From: Candidatus Collierbacteria bacterium RIFCSPLOWO2_01_FULL_50_23
GTDB taxonomy: Bacteria; Patescibacteriota; Microgenomatia; UBA1400; MFAQ01
Length of the DNA: 64,000 nt
Assembly (NCBI GenBank): GCA_001774555.1
Contig: MFAI01000036.1
Location: 1,488-65,487, forward strand
Direction of reading: 5' to 3'
Shown here: positions 37,563 through 46,695 of the stretch, piece after piece
Numbering within the stretch: the stretch's first letter is position 1
Layout of the letters: each line of letters opens with the position of its first letter
The notes under the pieces: generated by a model
Databases searched by the model: none
What the model saw: the letters and a program-made list of their open reading frames with translations, nothing else
What the model was told of the DNA's origin: nothing
Position numbers and translations under genes: made by a program

Positions 37563-37847
37563 ATGAAAACTACTGAAGCACCAGCAATATCAGATTATGA
37601 GAAAGTTTTGAGTCTCTGTGCTGAACACACGGTCCGATATAGTAAATTTCTTACAGAGTTAACTATGTTGATTGCAGGGCGTGGGGTAACGACAGAAACC
37701 GTCGAGGAACTCCTGGAATGTCTCGGTGGGAGCAAACAAATAATTGATACCGAATTGGTGCCGGACTGGATAAGAACAAAGGAAGAGGCCAATCGTAAAA
37801 AAATGCTTCATATCATTGCCTTAGCCCTTAACCAAGGTCAGGTGTAA
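37563..37847 (+). CDS. Hypothetical small protein
   Basis: 94 aa ORF. No motif. Confidence 0.25.
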   Translation: MKTTEAPAISDYEKVLSLCAEHTVRYSKFLTELTMLIAGRGVTTETVEELLECLGGSKQIIDTELVPDWIRTKEEANRKKMLHIIALALNQGQV

Positions 37848-37900
37848 AGTCCTTAGGCTCATTGGAAAATCACATAACCCATTGTAAAATATAGCTTCGA

Positions 37901-37973
37901 GGGCCCGTGGCGCAGTTGGTAGCGCGTTTCATTGACATTGAAAAGGTCATTGGTTCGAGTCCAATCGGGCCCA
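37901..37973 (+). tRNA. tRNA-Val (anticodon GAC)
   Basis: GGGCCCG-TG-GCGC-AGTTGGTA-GCGC-G-TTTCA-TTGACAT-TGAAA-AGGTC-ATTGG-TTCGAGT-CCAAT-CGGGCCC-A. Confidence 0.85.
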
Positions 37974-38070
37974 CAGAAATGGAGTTCCGCAAATGTGCGG
38001 GCAGGGATGCGAAGGGGCGAAAACGCAAAATTTTTTTTAGGCGTGTCATAATATCTCAATAACTGAAAGT

Positions 38071-39291
38071 GTGGGAAAACTTATGCAACTAATAAAAAGA
38101 ATACTCGGGATAAATAATATTTCGAAGATGGCGATTATTACTTTTTTCGCCAATCTTTATTTCTATAACCACGTCGGAACCTTATATCTTCAAACGCGCG
38201 GGTTGAGTTTGTTGCAAGTCAGTTCCATTTGGTCAATCATTATGGCCGCCAGTCTTCTGTCTGAAGTTCCTACGGGAATCATTGCAGATAAAATTGGTAG
38301 GAAGTGGTCGGTTGTCATCGCCCTTGCCATTCAGGCATTGGGAGAATTTTTATATTTGTTTTCTAGTAACTATCAAGCCTTCGTATTGATCGCCATTTTA
38401 GCCGGCGTTGGTTATGCCTTTTCATCTGGTGCCAGTGAGGCACTCGTTTATGATTCTCTTCCTGAAGAAAACCGTGAATCGCTGATGAAAAAGGCATCAG
38501 GGCACATCGGAGGCTTATATCAAATGGCCTTTTTCGTCGCCCCAATCTTGGGTGGATTAATCGTATCCCAACTAATTCTAAGTAAATTCATGCTCGCCAT
38601 ATTTTTAACAGGCATTTCCGTAACGGTTGCTTTCTTGATATCACTAACACTAGCCGAACCCCACAAGAATTATCATCACCCGGAACAGTCTCCACTTCAA
38701 ATTTTCAAAGGCGGACTAAAACTGCTCCTAACCCACAAGCGTTTACAGTGGATTGTGGCGATCTCTGTTCTCACAGCCTCTTTCTCAGGTTCCCTCTTAA
38801 GTCTATATCAACCATATTTTGTTCAACAAGGTATCAAGTCATCTTTCTGGATTGGTGCTTCGCTCTCTGGTGCCAGTCTAATTGCCTTCATGTTACTTAG
38901 ATATGCTCACAAAATTGAGGAAATTATCGGTGGTGGTTGGGCCTTGCTTCTGGTTAGCCTGTTACCTGGAATTGGCTATGTGCTGCTTTCAGTCACTAAG
39001 GCTCCACTCATCATCCCTCTTTTTATAATGACCTTTGCCCTTACTGACATAAAGAACCCCCTAATTTCTAGTTATCAGAACGCCAATATCGAAAGCCACA
39101 ACCGAGCCACAGTACTGTCGCTGATAAGTATGGTCAGCAAATTTTATGTGGCAATAATGGGTTTGGTATTCGGGAGGATCGCTGATTATTCCATCTCCCT
39201 AGCCCTTTTGAGTATTGGGGTTATGATAGTGGCATTCTCTCTGATACTAAAAACACACAAATATGCATATTCAGGCATCAAAACTTCATAA
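38071..39291 (+). CDS. MFS-family transporter
   Basis: 406 aa with ~12 predicted TM helices. Loop 2-3 motif GIIADKIGRKWS (MFS motif A G-x-x-x-D-R/K-x-G-R-R/K). Confidence 0.7.
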   Translation: MGKLMQLIKRILGINNISKMAIITFFANLYFYNHVGTLYLQTRGLSLLQVSSIWSIIMAASLLSEVPTGIIADKIGRKWSVVIALAIQALGEFLYLFSSNYQAFVLIAILAGVGYAFSSGASEALVYDSLPEENRESLMKKASGHIGGLYQMAFFVAPILGGLIVSQLILSKFMLAIFLTGISVTVAFLISLTLAEPHKNYHHPEQSPLQIFKGGLKLLLTHKRLQWIVAISVLTASFSGSLLSLYQPYFVQQGIKSSFWIGASLSGASLIAFMLLRYAHKIEEIIGGGWALLLVSLLPGIGYVLLSVTKAPLIIPLFIMTFALTDIKNPLISSYQNANIESHNRATVLSLISMVSKFYVAIMGLVFGRIADYSISLALLSIGVMIVAFSLILKTHKYAYSGIKTS

Positions 39292-40783
39292 AACATATTC
39301 AGATCGGGATATATTGGCGGAAGTATCTTTTACCATAAGTGACGGAGAAAAGGTTGGATTAGTTGGAGCAAATGGAAGCGGAAAATCCACTTTGCTTAAA
39401 ATAATAACGGGAATCGTCTCAGCTGATAGTGGATCAATTGTTATTAACCCAAAGAATATTACGGTTGGATACATCCCCCAAGCACCAGATGTATCTCCTA
39501 ACAGTCTGGTAAGGGAACTATTACAGTTACCTGGAATTCAACAGTACCAGATAGACAGGGCTTTGGGGAAAATCGGTATTGGTGATTTAGTTAACAGAGG
39601 CATTGGAAGTTTGTCTAGCGGCCAGAGAACCAAAGTTTTCCTCGCCAGACTTCTAGTAACCGAACCAGACATCTTGCTCTTGGATGAACCCACAAATCAC
39701 TTAGATATTGAGGCCCTGGAGTGGTTAGAGACTTATTTAAACAACTATCCTGGAATCGTAGTTCTTGTTTCACACGACCGCCGTTTCTTGGACAACACAG
39801 TCACAAGAATACTTGAGCTTGAAAACGGACAGATTAAGTCTTACGGTGGAAATTACACTTTTTATAGAAGTCAAAAAGAAATTGAATTGGAAACGCAGGG
39901 TAGAGAATTCAAAAAACAACAACAAACTATCAAGAAACTGGAAAATGAGATAGAGAAAAAGAAGGAGAAGATTCAAAAGCTTGAAAAAAGTGACCGACCA
40001 ACCAGGGATCGGGATAAATACGCTGCCACTTTTTTCGCCAACCGTGCGTCTAGAAAAATGGCCAAGGGGGCACAGTCTATCGAGTCGCGTCTGGAGCAAA
40101 TGGAGCTTGTTAAAAAACCGGAACCAGACTTACAACTTAAGGCATTGTTCGAGCCAAAAATCCGTAGCGGACATTCTGTGCTAGTTGCAGTAAACATATC
40201 TAAATTATTTGACAAAAACAAGATTCTGGACGACATTTATTTTTCGATACAAAGAGGACAACGAATAGCACTGCTTGGATCAAACGGCAGTGGCAAGACA
40301 ACATTATTGAAGATTATTACGGGCGAGCTACTTCCAGACACCGGAAAAATAGAGATGGGAAGCAATGTAAAGATTGGGTATCTAAGCCAGGAACAGGCCG
40401 AACTATCAAGCAAGAACAATGTTCTCGAAGAACTAACCTCACAGTCAGGAGTTGACAGGACAGATGCCTACAGACTTCTAAGAAAATTTTTATTGCCCAT
40501 AGAAAAAATTAACCAACCTGTTGAGACTCTTAGTAGCGGAGAAAAATCGAAATTATTGTTGGCTGAAATCATGGTTTCCGGGGCGAACCTCATTATTCTT
40601 GACGAACCAACCAATCATCTAGATATTCCTTCGCGAGAAGCAATCGAAGACGCCATCGTGAATTATGAGGGGACACTTCTCATTGTCTCACATGATAGAT
40701 ACTTTTTAGATCGAATAGGAATAACCGAATACATCGAGCTGGAAAATGGCAATATCCACCTATCGAAACCCATATCTGATTAA
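39263..40783 (+). CDS. ABC-F family ATPase (tandem ABC domains, no TMD; translation-associated EttA/Uup-like)
   Basis: Two Walker A sites (GANGSGKSTLLK and GSNGSGKTTLLK), two LSGG-type signatures (LSSGQRTKV and LSSGEKSKL) and a charged coiled-coil linker between domains. Confidence 0.8.
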   Translation: MHIQASKLHKTYSDRDILAEVSFTISDGEKVGLVGANGSGKSTLLKIITGIVSADSGSIVINPKNITVGYIPQAPDVSPNSLVRELLQLPGIQQYQIDRALGKIGIGDLVNRGIGSLSSGQRTKVFLARLLVTEPDILLLDEPTNHLDIEALEWLETYLNNYPGIVVLVSHDRRFLDNTVTRILELENGQIKSYGGNYTFYRSQKEIELETQGREFKKQQQTIKKLENEIEKKKEKIQKLEKSDRPTRDRDKYAATFFANRASRKMAKGAQSIESRLEQMELVKKPEPDLQLKALFEPKIRSGHSVLVAVNISKLFDKNKILDDIYFSIQRGQRIALLGSNGSGKTTLLKIITGELLPDTGKIEMGSNVKIGYLSQEQAELSSKNNVLEELTSQSGVDRTDAYRLLRKFLLPIEKINQPVETLSSGEKSKLLLAEIMVSGANLIILDEPTNHLDIPSREAIEDAIVNYEGTLLIVSHDRYFLDRIGITEYIELENGNIHLSKPISD

Positions 40784-40962
40784 AAGTGTTTTAAAATCGC
40801 GCGCAAAGGTCCCGCTAAGCGGGACACCCCCGCCAGTGGCGGGGAAAATACAAATAGTGCGAACTCCGCCAAAGGCGGACAGGCGCGAGGCGGTGAACTC
40901 CTAATTTGATCTAAAATAGGTTAGAATTTCTCTAAAGAAGACCACACAAATAGAGCGTCGTC

Positions 40963-41511
40963 TTATTTAGCTGAAAAGTCGAGGTGAATTCTGCTGGGCG
41001 TGGCGCGGTTTTCACCTTGATACCTTCCTTGGTATAGCTTGGCCTCACCCACAGACTCAAACCAAAATATCTGTCCAAAGCGCATGTTGGGGTAAAGCAT
41101 TGTAGGCATGGTGACGGTAATTTCCAGGGTGATATGGTTATAAAATCCCTGATCGATCAGTCCGGCGCAAACGTGGTTATTGATAAAAAGACGGCCGATC
41201 GAACTTTTACCAGTGACTAGACTGGCAAAATGGTCCGAGCCGAGCTTTTCAATTGTATATCCCAGATAAGCCTGCCCGAGACGCATCAAAAAACCCGACT
41301 TTGGAATTTTTATTTCTTCAAACTTCATATCTTTTTTGGGGTCAAGGCATGAAAATCCACCTCGTTTTGAGTTTGGCAGCAAACGACGCAGATAGGGAGC
41401 CAAACGATAGTCGTAGCTATTGGGATTGAGTTGGTCCTCGTAATACGGATCGATCTTGATCTTGCCGCGTTTTACTTCGATTTCAATTTGTTTTCCTGTG
41501 AGCCAACTCAT
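40963..41511 (-). CDS. dcd: dCTP deaminase
   Basis: Start at MSWLTGKQIE aligns with the Dcd N-terminus. GKSSIGRLFINNHVCAGLIDQGFYNHITLEI matches the dCTP deaminase/dUTPase-fold signature. Confidence 0.8.
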   Translation of the reverse strand: MSWLTGKQIEIEVKRGKIKIDPYYEDQLNPNSYDYRLAPYLRRLLPNSKRGGFSCLDPKKDMKFEEIKIPKSGFLMRLGQAYLGYTIEKLGSDHFASLVTGKSSIGRLFINNHVCAGLIDQGFYNHITLEITVTMPTMLYPNMRFGQIFWFESVGEAKLYQGRYQGENRATPSRIHLDFSAK

Positions 41512-41594
41512 TCCATTATCATGGCAAAAATTGGCAGTATAAATCAAGTGGGAAGTATTAGGGGAATCCTACCAAACCTTGGTATAGTATCCCT

Positions 41595-42458
41595 ATGGCC
41601 AAAGATAAGTATACCGCCACCTGGATCTCTCATTCGTCGCTTTCCGATTTTCTGTCCTGTCCCCGGGCTTACTTTCTCAAAAATGTTTACCGCGACTCAA
41701 GCAATAACCACAAAATTCAGCTGGTCACCCCGCCGCTAACTCTTGGCTCAGCCGTTCACGAAGTGATCGAGTCTTTGTCGGTTTTACCCACCAAAAACCG
41801 CTTCCGCGAATCGCTTCCGGCCAAATTCGAGAGCATTTGGGCCAAACTTTCCGGTCGCCGCGGTGGTTTTTTTGACGTCGAAACCGAGTACCGCTACAAA
41901 CAGAGGGGAATAAAAATGGTAAAGCGGGTCGATGAAAACCCCGGTCCGTTGATGAACTTGGCTGTCAAGATCGATATGGAGCTGCCTTTCTTCTGGCTCT
42001 CCGAAGAAGACAACATCGTCCTTTGCGGCAAAATCGACTGGCTCGAGTATCTGCCCGAAATTGATTCGGTCCATATTATCGATTTTAAGACGAGCAAATC
42101 GGAGGAGGACCCCAAGTCAATGCAGCTTCCCATTTATCATCTTTTGGTCCACCATTGCCAAAAAAGAAAAGTCGCCAAGGCCAGCTACTGGTATCTGGAA
42201 GGTAGCGATACCCCAACCGAACGGACACTTCCCAACCTAAAAGAAGCCGGCGCCAAGATCCTAAAGGTAGCCAAGCAAATCAAGCTCGCCAGACAACTGG
42301 AACGATTCAAATGCGAGACAAACGGCTGCCGCCACTGCGAACCGATGGAGGAGATGATCGCCGGCCGAGGGCAGTTTGTAGGCATTAGCGACTTTGGTCA
42401 AGACATGTACGTTCTTCCCTTCAAGGGAGAGGAAAAACGGGAGGGGATTGTCCTATGA
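41595..42458 (+). CDS. PD-(D/E)xK nuclease family protein with Cas4/RecB-type Fe-S cysteines (orphan, no CRISPR context)
   Basis: N-terminal Cys (FLSCPRAYF). Core motifs GKIDWLE ... IIDFKTSK (D ... D/E-x-K). C-terminal C-x5-C-x2-C (CETNGCRHCEP), a 1+3 cysteine arrangement. Confidence 0.6.
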   Translation: MAKDKYTATWISHSSLSDFLSCPRAYFLKNVYRDSSNNHKIQLVTPPLTLGSAVHEVIESLSVLPTKNRFRESLPAKFESIWAKLSGRRGGFFDVETEYRYKQRGIKMVKRVDENPGPLMNLAVKIDMELPFFWLSEEDNIVLCGKIDWLEYLPEIDSVHIIDFKTSKSEEDPKSMQLPIYHLLVHHCQKRKVAKASYWYLEGSDTPTERTLPNLKEAGAKILKVAKQIKLARQLERFKCETNGCRHCEPMEEMIAGRGQFVGISDFGQDMYVLPFKGEEKREGIVL

Positions 42459-42488
42459 GCCTTTTTTTGCTAAAATCAAGGCTAAATA

Positions 42489-42992
42489 ATGGGTAAATTT
42501 CACCGTATCAATCAATATATTAAGGCCGAATCAGTTCGGGTCATCGGCGAGGACGGCAGTCAGCTCGGCGTCATGTCCCTAAAAGAGGCTCTTGAGCGGG
42601 CTCGTGCCCTCAGCATTGACGTAGTTGAGGTGGCCGAGAGCGCCAACCCCCCTGTGGTCAAGCTGATCGAGTTCTCCAAGTTCAAGTATCAGGAAAACAA
42701 AAAGGACCGCGCCGGAGCAGCCTCTGCCCAGGAAACCAAAGAGGTCCGCCTGACCCCTTTCATGGCCCAAAATGACCTTCAGGTGAAGCTCGTCCGGGCC
42801 CGTCAATTCCTCAAGGGTGGCGATAAAGTCCGCCTCGTGGTAAAATTCACCGGCCGCGAAATTACCAAAAAGGAATTCGGCGAAAGATTGATGGCATCCG
42901 CGCTCGAACAGTTAAGCACTGAGGCGAGCATAGAACAGCTCCCCAAAATGCTCGGCAAACTCCTGATGGCTACCATTAAACCCAAAAAATGA
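42489..42992 (+). CDS. infC: Translation initiation factor IF-3
   Basis: RVIGEDGSQLGVMSLKEALERARALSIDVVEV and a C-terminal domain. Followed by rpmI-rplT. Confidence 0.85.
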   Translation: MGKFHRINQYIKAESVRVIGEDGSQLGVMSLKEALERARALSIDVVEVAESANPPVVKLIEFSKFKYQENKKDRAGAASAQETKEVRLTPFMAQNDLQVKLVRARQFLKGGDKVRLVVKFTGREITKKEFGERLMASALEQLSTEASIEQLPKMLGKLLMATIKPKK

Positions 42993-43189
42993 CCAAGATC
43001 AAAAACAAGACCAGAAAGATCGTCTACAAACGTTTCAAAATTACCGCTACCGGTAAGGTCATGCGCCGCATGCCAACCATGAGGCATTTGCGCCGCAAGA
43101 AAAGTGCCAAGATGATCCGCCGTTACCGCAAATACGTCGAAGTCACCGGAGTGATCGCCAAAAAAATTAAATCCATGCTCCACGTATAA
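42989..43189 (+). CDS. rpmI: 50S ribosomal protein L35
   Basis: 66 aa basic protein, KIKNKTRKIVYKRFKITATGKVMRR. ATGA overlap with infC. Confidence 0.85.
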   Translation: MTKIKNKTRKIVYKRFKITATGKVMRRMPTMRHLRRKKSAKMIRRYRKYVEVTGVIAKKIKSMLHV

Positions 43190-43192
43190 ACT

Positions 43193-43549
43193 ATGCCAAG
43201 AGTAAAAACAGGTGTCGTCAGACGCACCGCCCACAAAAAAGTCCTGACTGCCAACAAGGGCTATCGCATGACCAAGCGCAAGCTCTACAAGGTAGCCAAA
43301 GAAGCATATCTTCACGCCGGTCAGTATGCCTACAATAGCCGCCGCATTAAAAAGCGCGATTTCCGCACCCTTTGGATCGGGAGGATCACCGCCGCCCTGA
43401 AACTTCAGGAAAATCCTGTTTCCTACAGCAAGTTCATCAAGGCAATGGGCGACAAAAAAGTAACTCTCAACCGGAAAAGTCTTTCCGAGTTGGCAGTCAA
43501 ACTCCCGGAGGTCTTTTCCGCGGTCTTCAAATTTACCACCTCAAAGTAA
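43193..43549 (+). CDS. rplT: 50S ribosomal protein L20
   Basis: MPRVKTGVVRRTAHKKVL...GQYAYNSRRIKKRDFRTLWIGRI is the classic L20 sequence. Confidence 0.9.
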   Translation: MPRVKTGVVRRTAHKKVLTANKGYRMTKRKLYKVAKEAYLHAGQYAYNSRRIKKRDFRTLWIGRITAALKLQENPVSYSKFIKAMGDKKVTLNRKSLSELAVKLPEVFSAVFKFTTSK

Positions 43550-43645
43550 TAGATCCCCGATCAAGTCGGGGATGACAGGAGTGTCAAACCCGCCCCCCCT
43601 GTCATTCCCGCGAAAGCGGGAATCTATTTTGATAAGATAAGCAAG

Positions 43646-44632
43646 ATGAACCTAAAAGATATTTCAAAACAGGCAACGGCAGGAACCACTACCGCTGGAA
43701 CAATTTCCGAGCTCAAGGAAATTGAAACCAAGTATCTTGGTAGACATGGTGAATTCAATCAATATTTTGACCAATTACCTAAAGAGGAGAAGCCAAAACA
43801 AGGAGCAACATTCAATCTCGCCAAACAAAAATACTCAGCAGAAGTCCAAAAAAAATCTGATGAGATAATCGGACGAGAATCGGCCAGGGAATTTGACGTC
43901 ACTGTTCCCGGAATCCTCCCTTCCATTGGCCACCTTCACCTCATCACTGGGGCAATCGAGGAAATTACCGGCATTTTTGAAAAAATTGGATTCATCCGCC
44001 GCAGGTATCCCGAAATCGATACCGACTGGTACGCCGCAGAAGGTCTGAACATCCCCAAGGATCATCCAGCCCGTGACGATCAGGAAACCTTTTACGTGTC
44101 AGACAATGTTGTTCTAACCCCACACACCAGCAATGGTCAGCTCCGGGAGATGGAGGCGATGAAGAAGCCTCCAATAAAAATGATCAACATTGGCAAGACT
44201 TATCGCCGGCAGATCGACATCTCTCATACTCCCATGTTTCATCAGTTCGAAGGCTTGCTCATTGATAAGAATATCGATATCACCCACTTGATCGGCGTCG
44301 GTAATTATTTTGTCCAACACTATTTTGGCCGCGATCGCCGCATCAGACTCAGACCCCATCACTTCCAATTCACCGAACCCAGCTTTGAAATAGACATCAC
44401 CTGTGGCGTCTGCGGAGGACTCGACTGCCGTTTGTGCAAGGCCGGCTGGCTGGAGCTCGGAGGAGCTGGGATGGTCCATCCCACGGTGCTCAAAAATGGT
44501 GGCATAGATCCAAAAAAATATTCCGGTTTTGCTTTTGGCTGGGGCGTGGAGCGCGTTCTTGCCATGAAAAACAACTTACCTGACATCAGAAATATTTACT
44601 CCACCGACCTTCGGATATTAAACCAATTTTGA
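43646..44632 (+). CDS. pheS: Phenylalanine--tRNA ligase alpha subunit
   Basis: Class II motifs: HPARDDQETFYV, FRPHHFQFTEPSFEID, GFAFGWGVERV. Confidence 0.9.
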   Translation: MNLKDISKQATAGTTTAGTISELKEIETKYLGRHGEFNQYFDQLPKEEKPKQGATFNLAKQKYSAEVQKKSDEIIGRESAREFDVTVPGILPSIGHLHLITGAIEEITGIFEKIGFIRRRYPEIDTDWYAAEGLNIPKDHPARDDQETFYVSDNVVLTPHTSNGQLREMEAMKKPPIKMINIGKTYRRQIDISHTPMFHQFEGLLIDKNIDITHLIGVGNYFVQHYFGRDRRIRLRPHHFQFTEPSFEIDITCGVCGGLDCRLCKAGWLELGGAGMVHPTVLKNGGIDPKKYSGFAFGWGVERVLAMKNNLPDIRNIYSTDLRILNQF

Positions 44633-46695
44633 GTATGGACATCAAACTACCGGATTCTACCCTAAGAAAATACCTCATCACCAAAGCAACACCCGAAAAG
44701 GTCGCCGAGGCTCTCACCCTTTGCGGACCCTCGGTCGACCGCCTTCATCACAAGAACGGAAACAGCGTCTATGACATCGAAGCCATCACCAATCGCGTCG
44801 ATACCGCCTGCGCCTTTGGTGTCGCCCGAGAAGCGGCCGCGATTCTGCCTCTGTTCGGAATCAAAGCAAAATTAAACAACAGTCCTTACGACATCAAGGC
44901 CACCGACCTACCCGAAAGAACCGCTGTCAAACTGCCCCTTATTGTCGAAATAAAGGACGAGGCTCTCATTCCACGATTTGCGGCCATCGTTTTGTCCGAT
45001 CTCATCGTGGCCGACGCGCCAACCGAAATGAAAGAAGATCTCGAACTGTCCGGGGTCCGCACCCTCAACAATCTTATTGATATCACCAATTACCTGACTC
45101 TTTGTTTCGGCCAACCGGTTCACATTTTTGACTATGACAAAATCAAGGGCCACAAAATGATTCTTCGGGAAAGTAGGGCAGGGGAGAAGCTCACCACTCT
45201 TGACGGCAAAATCCACAAGTTACTCGGGGGTGACATTGTTATCGAAGACGGCGAGGGTAGACTGATCGATCTTTGTGGCATTATGGGCGGAAAGTTGTCC
45301 GAGGTGGATGAAAAAACCCAAAAAGCTGTTCTGTTTGTCCAAACATATCAGCCCAAAAAAATCAGACGCACCTCGCTTTATACTCAGGAGAGGACCCTCG
45401 CTGCCCAGATTTTCGAGAAACAACCCGATACAAAATTAGTGATCCCAACACTGATAGAGGGAGTCAGACTCCTGGTAAAACATGCCCGGGCAAAGGTTGC
45501 TGGAGAATCAATCGACCTTTATTTCCAAAAACCGCAAGCCAAAACTGTCAAACTTGACATCAAGTGGCTCAATCGCTTGATTGGATATGATTTCGATTTC
45601 AAAACAGTTACTGGAATCCTCAAAAACCTTGGTTTTGGAATAAAAAAAATCTCGGCGAGTTCGCTTGCAGCCTCTGTCCCCACCTGGAGACTCCACGACA
45701 TTTCTATTCCCGAAGACCTGGCTGAGGAGGTTGCCCGAATTTATGGCTACTTCAGGTTGGAAGGCAAACTTCCCGTCACTGCCAATCTTTCGGTTGCCAC
45801 AGATCCCTTGCTGGACTGGGAATACGCCGTCAAAAGATATCTTGCTGACTTGGGTTTTACCGAAATATTCAACTACTCCCTGGTCAGCCGGGATATTTTC
45901 CAAAAAGCAAACTTGGACACAGATCACTCCATCCCTCTGACAAATCCACTTGCAAAAGAGTTCGGGTTCATGCGCTGTAGCCTGATTCCCAGCCTTTTGA
46001 TGGACCTGGAGCACAACCAGGGGAAGGTCAACCTGCCGATCCGCATTTTCGAACTCTCAAATATATACCTGCCCGACCAAACTGCGAAGATGTTGTCGGG
46101 TTTGCCAGAAGAAAGATCGATTTTGTGTATGGCGACCCAAGGCATCAGTTACCGGCACTCCAAGGGTTACCTGGAAGCCCTCTTTGGTATGCTTCACATT
46201 CCCAATATCAGCTTCGCGTCCGTGGAAGGGAACGAAGGACCATGGCAAAAGAACCAGACGGCCGAGATCTATTCAGGGAAACACTTTATCGGCATTTTTG
46301 GCGCGATCAAACAGGGTATCAGAACGGCCTTCAGTCTCAATGATGATATTTACTTGACCAACCTCGACTTCCAATCAATTTCCGATTTGGCCAATACCGA
46401 TTTCAGCTATACCCCGATCTCGGACTACCCGGATCTGATCGAAGATATCACCATACAATCGGACCGGCATATTTCCGAACTAATTCAATTAATTAAACAA
46501 GAAAGCGCCCTCGTCAATAAAGTTGGTTACAAGGATTCTTTGAAAAATAAGCACACTTTTACAGTTCACTTCAACGATCCAAAGAGAAACCTTTCCGAAA
46601 GTGAAGTGACCAAAATTCGGGAAAAACTCAAATTGTTGGGGAAAAGGGGGGGGTCGGAATCGGTTCCGGAGTCGGTTCTGCCCAATCCTGGTTGA
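44629..46695 (+). CDS. pheT: Phenylalanine--tRNA ligase beta subunit (short form)
   Basis: Immediately follows pheS with a 4 nt overlap. B3/B4, B5 and catalytic-like domains are present. At 688 aa it lacks the N-terminal tRNA-binding extension of ~800 aa PheT. Confidence 0.8.
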   Translation: MSMDIKLPDSTLRKYLITKATPEKVAEALTLCGPSVDRLHHKNGNSVYDIEAITNRVDTACAFGVAREAAAILPLFGIKAKLNNSPYDIKATDLPERTAVKLPLIVEIKDEALIPRFAAIVLSDLIVADAPTEMKEDLELSGVRTLNNLIDITNYLTLCFGQPVHIFDYDKIKGHKMILRESRAGEKLTTLDGKIHKLLGGDIVIEDGEGRLIDLCGIMGGKLSEVDEKTQKAVLFVQTYQPKKIRRTSLYTQERTLAAQIFEKQPDTKLVIPTLIEGVRLLVKHARAKVAGESIDLYFQKPQAKTVKLDIKWLNRLIGYDFDFKTVTGILKNLGFGIKKISASSLAASVPTWRLHDISIPEDLAEEVARIYGYFRLEGKLPVTANLSVATDPLLDWEYAVKRYLADLGFTEIFNYSLVSRDIFQKANLDTDHSIPLTNPLAKEFGFMRCSLIPSLLMDLEHNQGKVNLPIRIFELSNIYLPDQTAKMLSGLPEERSILCMATQGISYRHSKGYLEALFGMLHIPNISFASVEGNEGPWQKNQTAEIYSGKHFIGIFGAIKQGIRTAFSLNDDIYLTNLDFQSISDLANTDFSYTPISDYPDLIEDITIQSDRHISELIQLIKQESALVNKVGYKDSLKNKHTFTVHFNDPKRNLSESEVTKIREKLKLLGKRGGSESVPESVLPNPG

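Noticed and set aside
39263-40783. ABC-F protein as an antibiotic-resistance (ARE) determinant paired with the MFS transporter
   Set aside because: ARE-type versus EttA/Uup-type cannot be assigned from sequence reading alone. Adjacency to an MFS gene is not diagnostic, so it is left as a generic ABC-F.
40963-41511. dCTP deaminase as an anti-phage nucleotide-depletion defence gene
   Set aside because: At 182 aa it is housekeeping-size Dcd with no fused kinase or extra domain. In a reduced genome it most likely serves dUMP/dTTP synthesis.
43555-43645. Possible T-box or attenuator leader upstream of pheS
   Set aside because: The ~90 nt gap is far too short for a T-box riboswitch, and there is no specifier or antiterminator architecture. 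The hairpins are better explained as the rplT terminator.
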